Positions 53,036-64,000 of a stretch of 64,000 bases of DNA are shown piece by piece. Origin of the DNA: Chiloscyllium plagiosum (lineage: Eukaryota). Within the stretch, counting starts at the first letter, position 1. Every line of letters begins with the position of its first letter. The notes under the pieces were generated by a model, which worked only from the letters and a program-made list of their open reading frames with translations, was not told the origin of the DNA and made no database searches. The stretch spans positions 20,711,839-20,775,838 of the forward strand of contig NC_057720.1 in the NCBI RefSeq assembly GCF_004010195.1, read 5' to 3'. A program made the position numbers and the translations under genes.

Positions 53036-55991
53036 AATCATTGTTGGAGCAGGTTCATCCAACCAAAAGGTCTTAGGAAGCACTAAATACTAAGTGGTTT
53101 GTAAATCTTGACTTGTGGTGACCTTATAATCTGGAGTCTATCAGCTGCAGAATCAAAGTTTCATTTGCTGACTATTTTTTGTCCAACTGGGTTTCTAGCC
53201 CGATTCAACTTATCAGAATTTTGTTTTGAAAAGCACAAGTAACAATTTTAGAAGGAAGAAATTTAGTGGGACATCTGGTTTTCATCTCTCAACTTCAATG
53301 CCAGGCAGTCATACTGTATCAAATAATACTGCAATAATAAGTGTTCCCTTCAAGTTCAACTTTTTTATTATATTATCTATAAAGATGACCAATAAATTTA
53401 GAATACTGAAAAAGTGTCTGGTAGTCAAGATAAAAAATATTATGATCAATTTTTCATGACGTCAAAACAATGATATGCTAAGAACTGATTTCTAACTTAA
53501 GGCCCCTCTAGAATAATAGGAATTAAATTCCCAAGTTGAATACTGTTAATAACCGATATTTATAGCACGGATGAACATTTTGCCAAGAATAAATCACAAT
53601 TTTAATTAGCTAATTTAACTTCACTATGAAAGCCAAGCACTGACTTTTCACTCTACTAACTGTAATAGTATTTTCAAGTTTTGTTTAAATCAACAGGTCT
53701 CTGAACTTGTTGCATTTTCTGCACGTTTAAAAAAAGTTTAAGCTTTGTTTTTCACTTTCTAGTTGGAACACATTATTTCCACAGACAATGTTAGTTGAGT
53801 GGTGCAGAAAATCGAGAATAAACTGTCTTCACAACATCTGCAATTCCATCTGCCATATGATATTCTTCCAGTCTGCTGATGGCAGAACATTCTGGAAACT
53901 CTGCATTCTTCTCATGGCACCATTGAGATTTAGTTTAGTACCGTCACTAACTTCAAATACATTCCTTACATTACTTGTGGCATTTTTATTATTCTGAAGT
54001 CTTTTCTAGATTTTCAGAATGGCTCATCAGACCAAAAAGATAAAATTTGTACAGACAGAAAACATACAGAATTTAAACGTAAGATTCAATGCCACATGCA
54101 CATAAAGAGACTGAAGCAGTCCATGTCAAAATGTAGCAAGACCTGGACAATTTCCAGGCCTGGGTTAACAAGTGGGAATTCTTATCACACAAGCACCAGA
54201 CAACAACCATCTGCAATAATATGGAAACAATTACTGGGCATCTTCCTGAGATATTTGTATCATTGGCAGGCATGGGTAAGGTGCCAGAAGACTGACATTG
54301 GCTAACGTGGCGCCATTATTTAAGAAAGGTGGTAAGGAAATGCCAGGCAAGTATAGACCGGTGAATCAGACAGTGGGTGAGTTGCTGGAGGGGATTCTAA
54401 GGGACAGTATTTATATGTATTTGGAAAGGCAAGGCTGGTCCTAGGGAACATTGCTGAACAAAGAGACCTTGGAGTGCAGGCTCATAGCTCCTTGAAAGTG
54501 GAGTTGCAGGTAGATAGGATAGAGAAGGTGGCGTTTGGAATGCTTTCCTTAATTGGTCAGAGAATTAAGTACGGGGTTGGGAGGTCATGTTGCGGCTATA
54601 CTGGTCATTGGTTAGACCACTGTTGGAACAAAGCGTGCAATTCTGGTCTCCTTCCTATCAGAAAGATGTTGTGAAACTTGAAAGGGTTCAGAAAAGATTT
54701 ACAAGGATGTTGCCAGGGTTGGGGGATTAGAGCTATAGGGAGAGGTTGAATAGGCTTAGGCTGTTTTCCCTGGAGCATCAGAGGCTGAGGGATGACTTTA
54801 TAGAGGTTTACAAAATCATCAGGGGCATAGATAGGATAAATAGACAAACTCTTTTCCCTGGGGTGGGAGAGTCCAGAAGCAGAGGGCATAGGTTTAGGGT
54901 GAGAGGGGAAAGATATAAAAGACACCTAAGGGGCAACTTTTTCATGTAGAGGATGGTAAGTGTATGGAATGAGCTGCCAGAGGAAGTGATGGAGGCTAGT
55001 ACAATTGCTACATTTAAAAGGCATCTGGATGGGTATATGAATAGGAAGGGTTTGAAGTGATATGGGACGGGTGCTGGCAGGTGGGACGAGATTGGGTTGG
55101 GATATCTGGTCGGCATGGACAGGTTGGACCAAAGGGTCTGTTTCCGTGCTGTACATCTCTACAACTATATGAGGAGGGATAGTCAACACGACTTTGTGCT
55201 TGGGGAAATCATGTCTCACTAACTGGATTGACTTTTTTTGAAGAAGTGACAAAGAAGAGTGAAGAAGGCACAGTGGTGGATATGGTCTATATGGACTTCA
55301 GCGAGAGGTTCAAGATTCCACATGGGAAACTGGTTAGCGCGGTTAGACTGCATGGAATATAGGGAAAGCTAGCCATTTGGATACAAAATTGGATCAAAGG
55401 TAGGAGGCAGAGGGTTGTAGTGGAGGGCTGCTTTTGTACTGGAGTCCTGTGACCAGCAGTTGCCACAAAGATCAGTGCTGGGTCCACCATGTTTGGTCAT
55501 TTGCATAAATGGTTTGGCTGTGAATATAGGAGATATGGTTAATAAGTTTACAGATTACACTAAAATTGGTGGTGTAGCGGACAGCCAAAGTTACCCTGAG
55601 AGTACAATTGGACCTTGATCAGATGAGCAAATGACCGTACATGCAGTTTAATTTAGATAAATGAGGTGTTGCATTTTGGTAAGGCAAATCAGGGCAGGAC
55701 TTATACACTTAATGGTAAAGTCCTGGGGAGTGTTATCAAACAAAGAGACCTTGGGGTGGAGGGTCATAGTTCCTTGAAAGTGGAGTTTCATGTAGACATG
55801 GTAGTAAAGGAGATATTTAGTACACTTGCCTTTATTGGTCAGCGCATTAAGTATAGGAGTTGTGATGTCATATTGCAGCTGTACAGGATATTGGTTAGGT
55901 CACTTTTATATTACTGCAGTCAAATGGCAAGCTATTAGAGAGTATTCTTAAGGCTAGGATTTAAGGGCATCTGGAAAAGCATGGCCTAATT

Positions 55992-56181
55992 AGGAGAAAG
56001 TGAGGATTGCAGATGCTGGATATCAGAGTCGATAGTGTGGTCCTGGAAAAGCACAGCAGGTCAGGTAGCATCAGAGGAGCAGGAGAATTGACATTTCGAG
56101 CTGAAGGGCTTATGCCCAAAACATTGATTATCCTGCTTCTCGGATGCTGCCTGACCTGTTGTGCTTTTCCAGCACCACACT
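55992..56181. mobile_element. Family A inverted pair, decayed
   Basis: TSD catggcctaattagg (55980-55994, 56182-56196). Confidence 0.82.
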
Positions 56182-57452
56182 CATGGCCTAATTAGGGATA
56201 GTCAGGTCATGTTTTCCTAACTGAATTGAATCTTTTCAGGTGATGACAAAGGTTATCGATGAGGATGAAGCATTGGATGTTATTTATATGGATTTTAATA
56301 AGGCTTTTGACAAGGTTCCTCATGGTTGGGTGATCCAGAAGACTAAGGTGCATAGGATCCATGGTGACTTGGCTGCATGGATTCAGAATCAATTTGCACG
56401 TGGAAGGCAAAGGGTAGTGGTGGAAGGGTATATTTCTGATTAGAGGTCCATGACTAGTGGTGTTTTGCAGGGATCCGTACTGGGACCTCTGCTATTTGTG
56501 ATGGAGACAAGTGACTTGGATAAAAATGTGGATGGCGCGTTAGTAGGTTTGCAGATCATAAAAGATCAATGGAGTTGTGGATAGGTTAGAAGGTTGGCAA
56601 AAAATACAGCATGCTATAGATCAGTTGCAGATATAGGCAGAAAAATGCCAGATGGGAGTTTAATCCAGCTAAGTGAGGTGCTGCACTTAGGAAGATCAAA
56701 TGTTAGTGGCTGGACCCTGACCAGCATTGATGTACAGAGGGATCTTCAGGTTGAAGTTCAAATCTCCCTGAAAGTGGTCATGCAAATAGATAGTGTGGTG
56801 AAGACAGCATATGGCATGTTTGCCTTTATTGGTCAGGGAATTTAGTGCAAGAGTCAGGATGTCATATCGCAGCTTTACAAGACTTTGGTTAGGCCATACT
56901 TCGACTATGATGTTCAATTCTGGTCGCCACATTACAGGAAGGATGTGGAGACTTTAGAGAGGGTGCAGAAGAGGTTTCCTAGGACAGCGCCTGGATTAGA
57001 GGGTACGAGTTTTACGGGTGGCAAGAAAAACTCAGGTTGTTTTCTCTGGAGTAGCAGAGGCCGAGGGGAGACTTGAAGAAGTCCATAAAATGAGATGCAG
57101 AGAAATGGTTGACGGTCAGAATCCTTTTCCCAAAGTTGAAATAATATAATACTCAGGGGCATGCATTTAAGGAGAGAGGGAAAAGTTCAGAGAAGATGCA
57201 TGGGGCAGGTTTTGTTTTGGAACACAGTGATAGGAGTCAAGAACACACTGCCAGGGGTGTTGGTGAAGACAGATACGAAAGGGCCATTTAAAGAACTTTT
57301 AGATGAGCACACGAATATACAAGGAATGGAGGGTTATGGACGAAAGGCAGACAGAAGGGATGAGTTTAATTTGGTATCACATTTGGCACATCAGTGTGGG
57401 CCAAAGGTCCCGTTCCTGTGCTGTACTGTTCTAACTCTGGTCTCCCTGCGAT

Positions 57453-57705
57453 AGGAGAAAGTGAGGTCTGCAGATGCTGGAGATCAGAGCTGGAAATGTG
57501 TTGCTGGAAAAGCGCAGCAGGTCAGGCAGCATCCAGGGAACAGGAGAATCGACGTTTCGGGCATAAGCCCTTCTTCAGGAATGGGGGCTGAAGAAGGGCT
57601 TATGCCCCATTCCTGAAGAAGGGCTTATGCCCAAAACGTCGATTCTCCTGTTCCTTGGATGCTGCCTGACCTGCTGCGCTTTTCCAGCAACACATTTCCA
57701 GCTCT
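57453..57705. mobile_element. Young family A inverted pair with an extra partial hammerhead in the spacer
   Basis: Intact minus-strand core (gacgtttcgggcataagcccttcttcag); spacer ctgaagaagggcttatgccc; TSD tctccctgcgatagga (57441-57456, 57703-57718). Confidence 0.88.
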
Positions 57706-59194
57706 CCCTGCGATAGGAAAGATGTTATAAAACTTAAAAGGGCTCAGAAATGATTTACAAGGATGTTGCTTGGGTTTAAGCTATAGAGAGGGGCTGAATA
57801 AGCTGGCACTATTTTCCCTGGAGCGTTGGAAGCTGAGGAGTGACCCTATAGAGGTTTATAAAAACATGACAGCACGCATAGAGTGACTACACAAGGTCTT
57901 TTTCCTAGGGTACAGGAGCTCAAATCTAAGAGTCATAGGTTCAAGAGGAGACGGGAAAGATTTTAAAAAGGACCTCAGGGGCAATGTTTTCACACAAAAG
58001 GTGGTGCGCATATGGAATAAGTTGCCAGAGGCGGTGATGAAGGCTGAGGTAATATTAAAAGGCAGTTAAAAGGCATCTGGATAGGTACAAGAATAGGAAG
58101 GGTTTAGAGGGATATGGGCTAAATGCTGGCACATGGGACTAGATTAATTTAGGATATCTGGTCCGCATGGGTGAGTTGAATCAAAGGATTTGTTTTCATG
58201 CTGTACATCTCTAGGTCTCTAAAAGAGAATCTAACCACCATCACTTGACGTTCAATGGCATGATCATTACAGAATCCCTTGTAATCAACATCCTAGGATT
58301 ACCACTGACCAGAAACTGAATTGAACTAAACATGAGGATTTGAGATACAGGGAGAGGTTGAATAGGCTGGGGCTGTTTTCCCTGGAGCGTTGGAGGCTGA
58401 GGGGTGACCTTATAGAGGTTTACAAAATTATGAGGGGCATGGATAGAGTAATTAGACAAAGTCTTTTCCCTGGGGTCGGGGAGTCTAGAACTAGAGGGCA
58501 TAGGTTGAGGGTGAGAGGGGAAAGATATAAAAGAGACCTAACGGGCAACTTTTTCACGCAGAGGGTGGTACGTGTATGGAATGAGCTGCCAGAGGATGTG
58601 GTGGAGGCTGGTACAATTGCAACATTTATGAGGCATTTGGATGGGTATATGCATAGGAAGGGTTTGGACGGATATGGGCCAGGTGCTGGCAGGTGGGACT
58701 AGACTGGGTTGGGATATCTGGTCAGCACGGACAAGTTGGACCAAAGGATCTGCTTCTGTGCTGTACATCTCTATGACTCTATGGAGGGTCGGTGTGGACC
58801 CGATGGGCCAGGGGGCCTGCGTATGCACTGTACAGATTCTGTAATGATTCCATGATTTGTTGGCAATATCACTGTCAACTGTTTCTGCATCTTATTTTGC
58901 AGTTTTTAAAAAAATATAGTGATTAGATCTCTCCAGTTGAGGGAGTTCATCAAGTCCTGAAAAAATTAATTGCTTGTTAACTGAATGGATGTTAGAACAG
59001 AAAAGGGTGGCAGTTGACCAGCTGGTCAGTCAGCATCCATGGAGAGAACAGGCACATTCATATTGTGGTGGTAAGAGATGGTCAGGAATGTTTCTCTCAA
59101 AGTGCCAACAAAAAGCTGGCATATAGGATATTTGTTGGAGACTCGCTTGATGTTAGCTTCTGTGCCTGCTGTGAATGGGCAGGCAGGAGGGAGG

Positions 59195-59445
59195 GTTTAG
59201 AAAGGGACCAAAGGGGCAATGTTTTCACACAGGGGGTTGCGTGTGTATGGAATGAGCTGTCACAGAATGTGGTGGAGGCTGGTACGATAACAGCATTTAA
59301 AAGGCATCTGGATGGGTAGATGAATAGGAAGAGTTTAGAGTGATATCCGCCAAATGGTACAAGATTAGGTTAGGATAATTGGCCGGCATGGATGAGTCGG
59401 ACTGAAGGGTCTGTTTCCGTGCTGTATATCTCTATGACTCTATGA
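59195..59445 (+). mobile_element. CR1 3' end
   Basis: GNVFTQGVACVWNELS peptide; tctctatgactctatga tail. Confidence 0.85.
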
Positions 59446-60559
59446 AATGAATACCTTGGCTACAAGGTTGGTCGGTGGCTATGAACCCTGCAATGAATAA
59501 CTCAACTCCCAAAGCCGACTCATCATCGAGAAGGCACATGTCAGGAGTGTGATGGAACATTCCCTACTTGAACAACACTCGAGAGGTTTGACTCCATCCA
59601 GGACAAAACAGCCTGCTACATCCGTAACCATTCAGGTGCAGGGAGCTTTCAGGATGGCAACAGAATGTTGATATTTATCACAAGACGATTTGAATACTGG
59701 AGTAGTGAAGACTTGCTTTAATTGTACAGGAGTTTGGTTAAAAATTTGGTTAGAATACCACGTGTTGTTTTCGTCTCATCTCAGGAAAATATTATTGTCA
59801 TAAATGGATTGTGACATAGGCTCACCAGATTTGTTCCCAGGATGGCAGTGTAATGTTAAAAGATTAAATGGACATTAATGTAATATTAAAGGGATAAACT
59901 GCACTGACTGATCACTGTGGGAGTGGGTGGGGATGACATTCATGCAGGAATGCAGATGACTCCCACTCCATTTAGACAATCAGTTGTTACTATTCCTCTA
60001 CTATTATCCAATTAAACTATCGTTCAATCTCTTCCATTCAGAAATGCTTTCATAGCCATCCTCTGAAGTTAGGGCATATCACACCTACAGTGTCTTGGGA
60101 AGTCAGGAAATCGTCCGCATAATGATTTGCCAGGAATAGGACATTTACATTATCTCTGAGTATGACCTCATCCTAACATTGTACATGGAATAACGTGACT
60201 GTGTGGGAGTGGCTGAGGGTTGTCTTGAGTGGCATGTGACTGTGGGGGAGTGGCCAGAGTATCTGTGAGCATTACCAACTGACCTGTATAAAAAGGGATG
60301 TGTTTTCTTTGTTCAGTGCCTCTTTTGCCTCGAATTTGCATGCGTGCGAGGAGGGTCAAAGGGGTCACCTAGCTTGGACAAGTGTCATCCTGTTTCCTCA
60401 TCCCCGTATCAGTCGAAGCAAATACTCAAAGACACAGTATGGCTTTATCTTTATTCATCTTTATTCCACATCCTGGAGGGAGAGAGAACGATCGCACATG
60501 TGCTCAGAGACATGAGTACTCGGTCTTCTCTCGAACAGCAGATTCTTAAGGAATTATTA

Positions 60560-63500
60560 TAGTCACTTACATGGAGCAGCTTCCAAATAAGGCAACATTA
60601 TTAATTTAATATGGGGCATTGTTTGTAGAGGAATAAGACAGTGTTATTTTCTGGATCTGTAGATTGTGAAGGAGCAAAAATGGCCTTTGCAGTGATATGT
60701 ACTTCTTGTCAGATGTGGGAGTTTAAAGAGAGTTTAAGGGTTACTGCGGATTATATCCGTCATAAATGCTGTTGGATGCAAATCTTATCAGATCGAGTGG
60801 ATCAGTTGGAGAGACAGATAGAAGTGATGAGAAATTTGCAACAGCAACAGTATGTGATGGATGGCAGTTATAGGAAGGGGGGAAATGTCTCAGATACAGT
60901 CACATAGATGGGTTAACTCCAGGAAGGGTGAGAGAGGTCGGCACCTAGGGCAGGAGTCTTTTGTGGATCTACCCATTTCAAACAGGTATGCTGTTTTGGA
61001 AAATGTAGGGGGTGATGGATTCTCAGGGGAACGTAGCACGAACAGCCAAGTTTCTGGTATCGAGACTGGCTCTAAAGCAACGAGGGGTACATCGGCTTCC
61101 ACGAGATCAATTGTGTTAGGGGATTCTGTAGTCAGAGGTACAGACAGACGTTTCTTGGCCAGCAGAGAAAAAGCAGAATGGTGTGTTGTTTCCCTGGTGC
61201 CAGGATCAAGGATGTCTCAGAGAGGGTGCAGAATGTTCTCACGGGGCCAGCAGGGGGTCACTGTCCACATTGGAACCAACGACATTGGAAGGGAAAAAGT
61301 TGAGACTCTGAAGGGAGATTAGAGAGAGTTAGGCAGAAATTTAAAAAGGAGGTCGTCAAGGGTAGTAATATCTTGATTTCTCCCAGTGCTACAAGCTAGT
61401 GAGGGCAGGAATAGGAGGATAGAGCAGATGAATGCATGGCTGAGGAGCTGGTGTATGGGAGAAGGATTCACATTTTTGGATCATTGGAATCTCTTTTGGG
61501 GTAGAAGTGACCAATACAAGAAGGATGGATTGCACCTAAATTGGAAGGGGACTAATATACTGGCAGGGAAATTTGCTAGAACTGCTTGGGTGGATTTAAA
61601 CTAGTAAGGTGGGGGGGGTAGGACCCAGTGAGATAGCGAGGAAAGAGATCGATCTGGGACGGGTACAGCTGAGAACAGAAGTGAGTCAAACAGTCAGGGA
61701 CAAGGTAGGACTAATAAATTAAACTGCATTTATTTCAATGCAAGGGGCCTAACAGGGAAGGCAGATGAACTCAGGGCATGGTTAGGAACATGGGACTGGG
61801 ATATCATAGCAATTACAGAAACATGGCTCAGGGATGGGCAGGACTGGCAGCTGAATGTTCCAGGATACAAATGCTACAGGAAGGATAGAAAGGAAGGCAA
61901 GAGAGGAGGGGGAATGGCACTTTTGATAAGGGATAGCATTACAGCTGTGTTGAGGGAGGATATTCCCAGAAATACATAGAGGGAAGTTATTTGGGTGGAA
62001 CTGAGAAATAAGATAGGGATGATCACCTTATTGGGATTGTATTACAGACCCCCTAATTGTCAGAGGGAAATTGAGAAACAAACTTATAAGGAGATCTCAG
62101 CTATCTGTAAGAATAATAGGGTAGTTATGGTAGGGGATTTTAACTTTCCAAACATCGACTGGGACTGCCATAGTGTTAAAGGTTTAGATGGAGAGGAATT
62201 TGTTAAGTGTGTACAAGACAATTTTCTGATTCAGTATGTGGATGTACCTACTAGAGAAGGTGCAAAACTTGACCTACTCTTGGGAAATAAGGCAGGGCAG
62301 GTGACTGAGGTGTCAGTGGGGGAGCACTTTGGGGCCAGCAGGCATAATTCTATTCGTTTTAAAATAGCGATGGAAAAGGATAGACCAGATCTAAAACGTT
62401 GAAGTTCTAAATGGGAGAAAGGCCAATTTTGACGGTATTAGGCAAGAACTTTCAAAAGCTGATTGGAGGCACATGTTTGCAGGTAAAGGGACGACTGGAA
62501 AATGGGAAGCCTTCAGAAATGAGATAACAAGAATCCAGAGAAAGTATATTCCTGTCAGGGTGAAAGGGAAGGCTGGTAGGTATGGGGAATGCTGGATGAC
62601 TAAAGAAATTGAGGGTTTGGTCAAGAAAAAGAAGGAAGCATATGTAAGGTATAGATAGGATAGATCGAGTGAACCCTTAGAAGAGTATAAAGGAAGTAGG
62701 AATATACTTAAGANNNNNNNNNNNNNNNNNNNNNNNNNNNNNNNNNNNNNNNNNNNNNNNNNNNNNNNNNNNNNNNNNNNNNNNNNNNNNNNNNNNNNNN
62801 NNNNNNNNNNNNNNNNNNNNNNNNNNNNNNNNNNNNNNNNNNNNNNNNNNNNNNNNNNNNNNNNNNNNNNNNNNNNNNNNNNNNNNNNNNNNNNNNNNNN
62901 NNNNNNNNNNNNNNNNNNNNNNNNNNNNNNNNNNNNNNNNNNNNNNNNNNNNNNNNNNNNNNNNNNNNNNNNNNNNNNNNNNNNNNNNNNNNNNNNNNNN
63001 NNNNNNNNNNNNNNNNNNNNNNNNNNNNNNNNNNNNNNNNNNNNNNNNNNNNNNNNNNNNNNNNNNNNNNNNNNNNNNNNNNNNNNNNNNNNNNNNNNNN
63101 NNNNNNNNNNNNNNNNNNNNNNNNNNNNNNNNNNNNNNNNNNNNNNNNNNNNNNNNNNNNNNNNNNNNNNNNNNNNNNNNNNNNNNNNNNNNNNNNNNNN
63201 NNNNNNNNNNNNNNNNNNNNNNNNNNNNNNNNNNNNNNNNNNNNNNNNNNNNNNNNNNNNNNNNNNNNNNNNNNNNNNNNNNNNNNNNNNNNNNNNNNNN
63301 NNNNNNNNNNNNNNNNNNNNNNNNNNNNNNNNNNNNNNNNNNNNNNNNNNNNNNNNNNNNNNNNNNNNNNNNNNNNNNNNNNNNNNNNNNNNNNNNNNNN
63401 NNNNNNNNNNNNNNNNNNNNNNNNNNNNNNNNNNNNNNNNNNNNNNNNNNNNNNNNNNNNNNNNNNNNNNNNNNNNNNNNNNNNNNNNNNNNNNNNNNNN

Positions 63501-64000
63501 NNNNNNNNNNNNNNNNNNNNNNNNNNNNNNNNNNNNNNNNNNNNNNNNNNNNNNNNNNNNNNNNNNNNNNNNNNNNNNNNNNNNNNNNNNNNNNNNNNNN
63601 NNNNNNNNNNNNNNNNNNNNNNNNNNNNNNNNNNNNNNNNNNNNNNNNNNNNNNNNNNNNNNNNNNNNNNNNNNNNNNNNNNNNNNNNNNNNNNGGCCAT
63701 GTTGCGGCTGTACAGGACATTGGTTAGGCCACTGTTGGAATATAGCGAGCAATTCTGGTCTCCTTCCTATCGGAAAGAATGTTGCCAGGGTTGGAAGATC
63801 TGAGCTACAGGGAGAGGCTGAACAGGCTGGGGCTGTTTTCCCTGGAGCGTTGGAGGCTAAGGAGTGACCTTATAGAGGTTTACAAAATTATGAGGGGCAT
63901 GGATAGGAAAAATAGACAAAGTCTTTTCCTAAGGGTCAGGGAGTCCAGAATCAGAGGCATAGGTTTAGGGTGAGGGGGAAAAATATAAAAGAGACCTAAG
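60560..64000 (+). mobile_element. Near-full-length CR1 LINE (ORF1 and ORF2), frameshifted, gap in RT, runs off the window
   Basis: ORF1 about 60680-61604: CTSCQMWE zinc-finger start, coiled coil, SGNH/GDSL esterase (IVLGDSVVRG, VHIGTNDIG, DGLHLN). ORF2 from about 61720: YFNARGL..DIIAITETWL, VMVGDFNFPNIDW, LDLLL. RT C-terminus after the gap. Confidence 0.92.
62714..63694. other. Assembly gap (N)
   Basis: Run of N. Confidence 1.

Larger units (their letters stand above)
54270..58782 (+). mobile_element. Tandem pile of at least five CR1 fragments of different ages
   Basis: Repeated [24 protein letters not shown] and FFTQRVVRVWNELP peptides; 3' tails near 55165, 57435, 58220 and 58782. Confidence 0.88.

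Noticed and set aside
53760..54010. Coding-looking minus-strand stretch
   Set aside because: Short open frames with no recognisable family or convincing splice sites.
14262..57718. Repeated palindromic units as CRISPR repeats or MITEs
   Set aside because: Eukaryotic, dispersed, no spacer array or cas genes; asymmetric arms and long variable TSDs do not fit MITEs.

Overview
Vertebrate genomic DNA, almost certainly from a shark: it carries HE1-type V-SINEs, shark-type CR1 LINEs and a SacSINE1/Deu-SINE-like copy. The only host gene I can support is a calponin on the minus strand, best matching CNN3. Three internal coding exons (11517-11638, 6443-6509, 4847-4984) have canonical splice sites and encode most of the CH domain. 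Exon 1 was not found, so everything above 11.64 kb appears to be one intron of more than 52 kb. The rest is layered transposon sequence: many CR1 fragments, one near-full-length CR1 at the right end, a Tx1/L1-clade copy with a 17-bp target-site duplication (TSD), a decayed Ty3/Gypsy element, a Penelope GIY-YIG fragment and tRNA-derived SINEs. The most interesting signal is a set of about four families (roughly 17 loci) of short Penelope-derived, TSD-flanked, often palindromic inserts. They carry a minimal hammerhead ribozyme motif (CUGANGA-stem II-GAAA-palindromic ACGU/AGCU-NUH), intact in some copies and decayed in others. Also notable is a complex SINE-anchored rearrangement at 46-48 kb, made of a circularly permuted inverted duplicate of 40867-41612 and a nested element split across opposite strands. 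Two assembly gaps are present. All family assignments are by eye from recalled consensus motifs, not from database searches.
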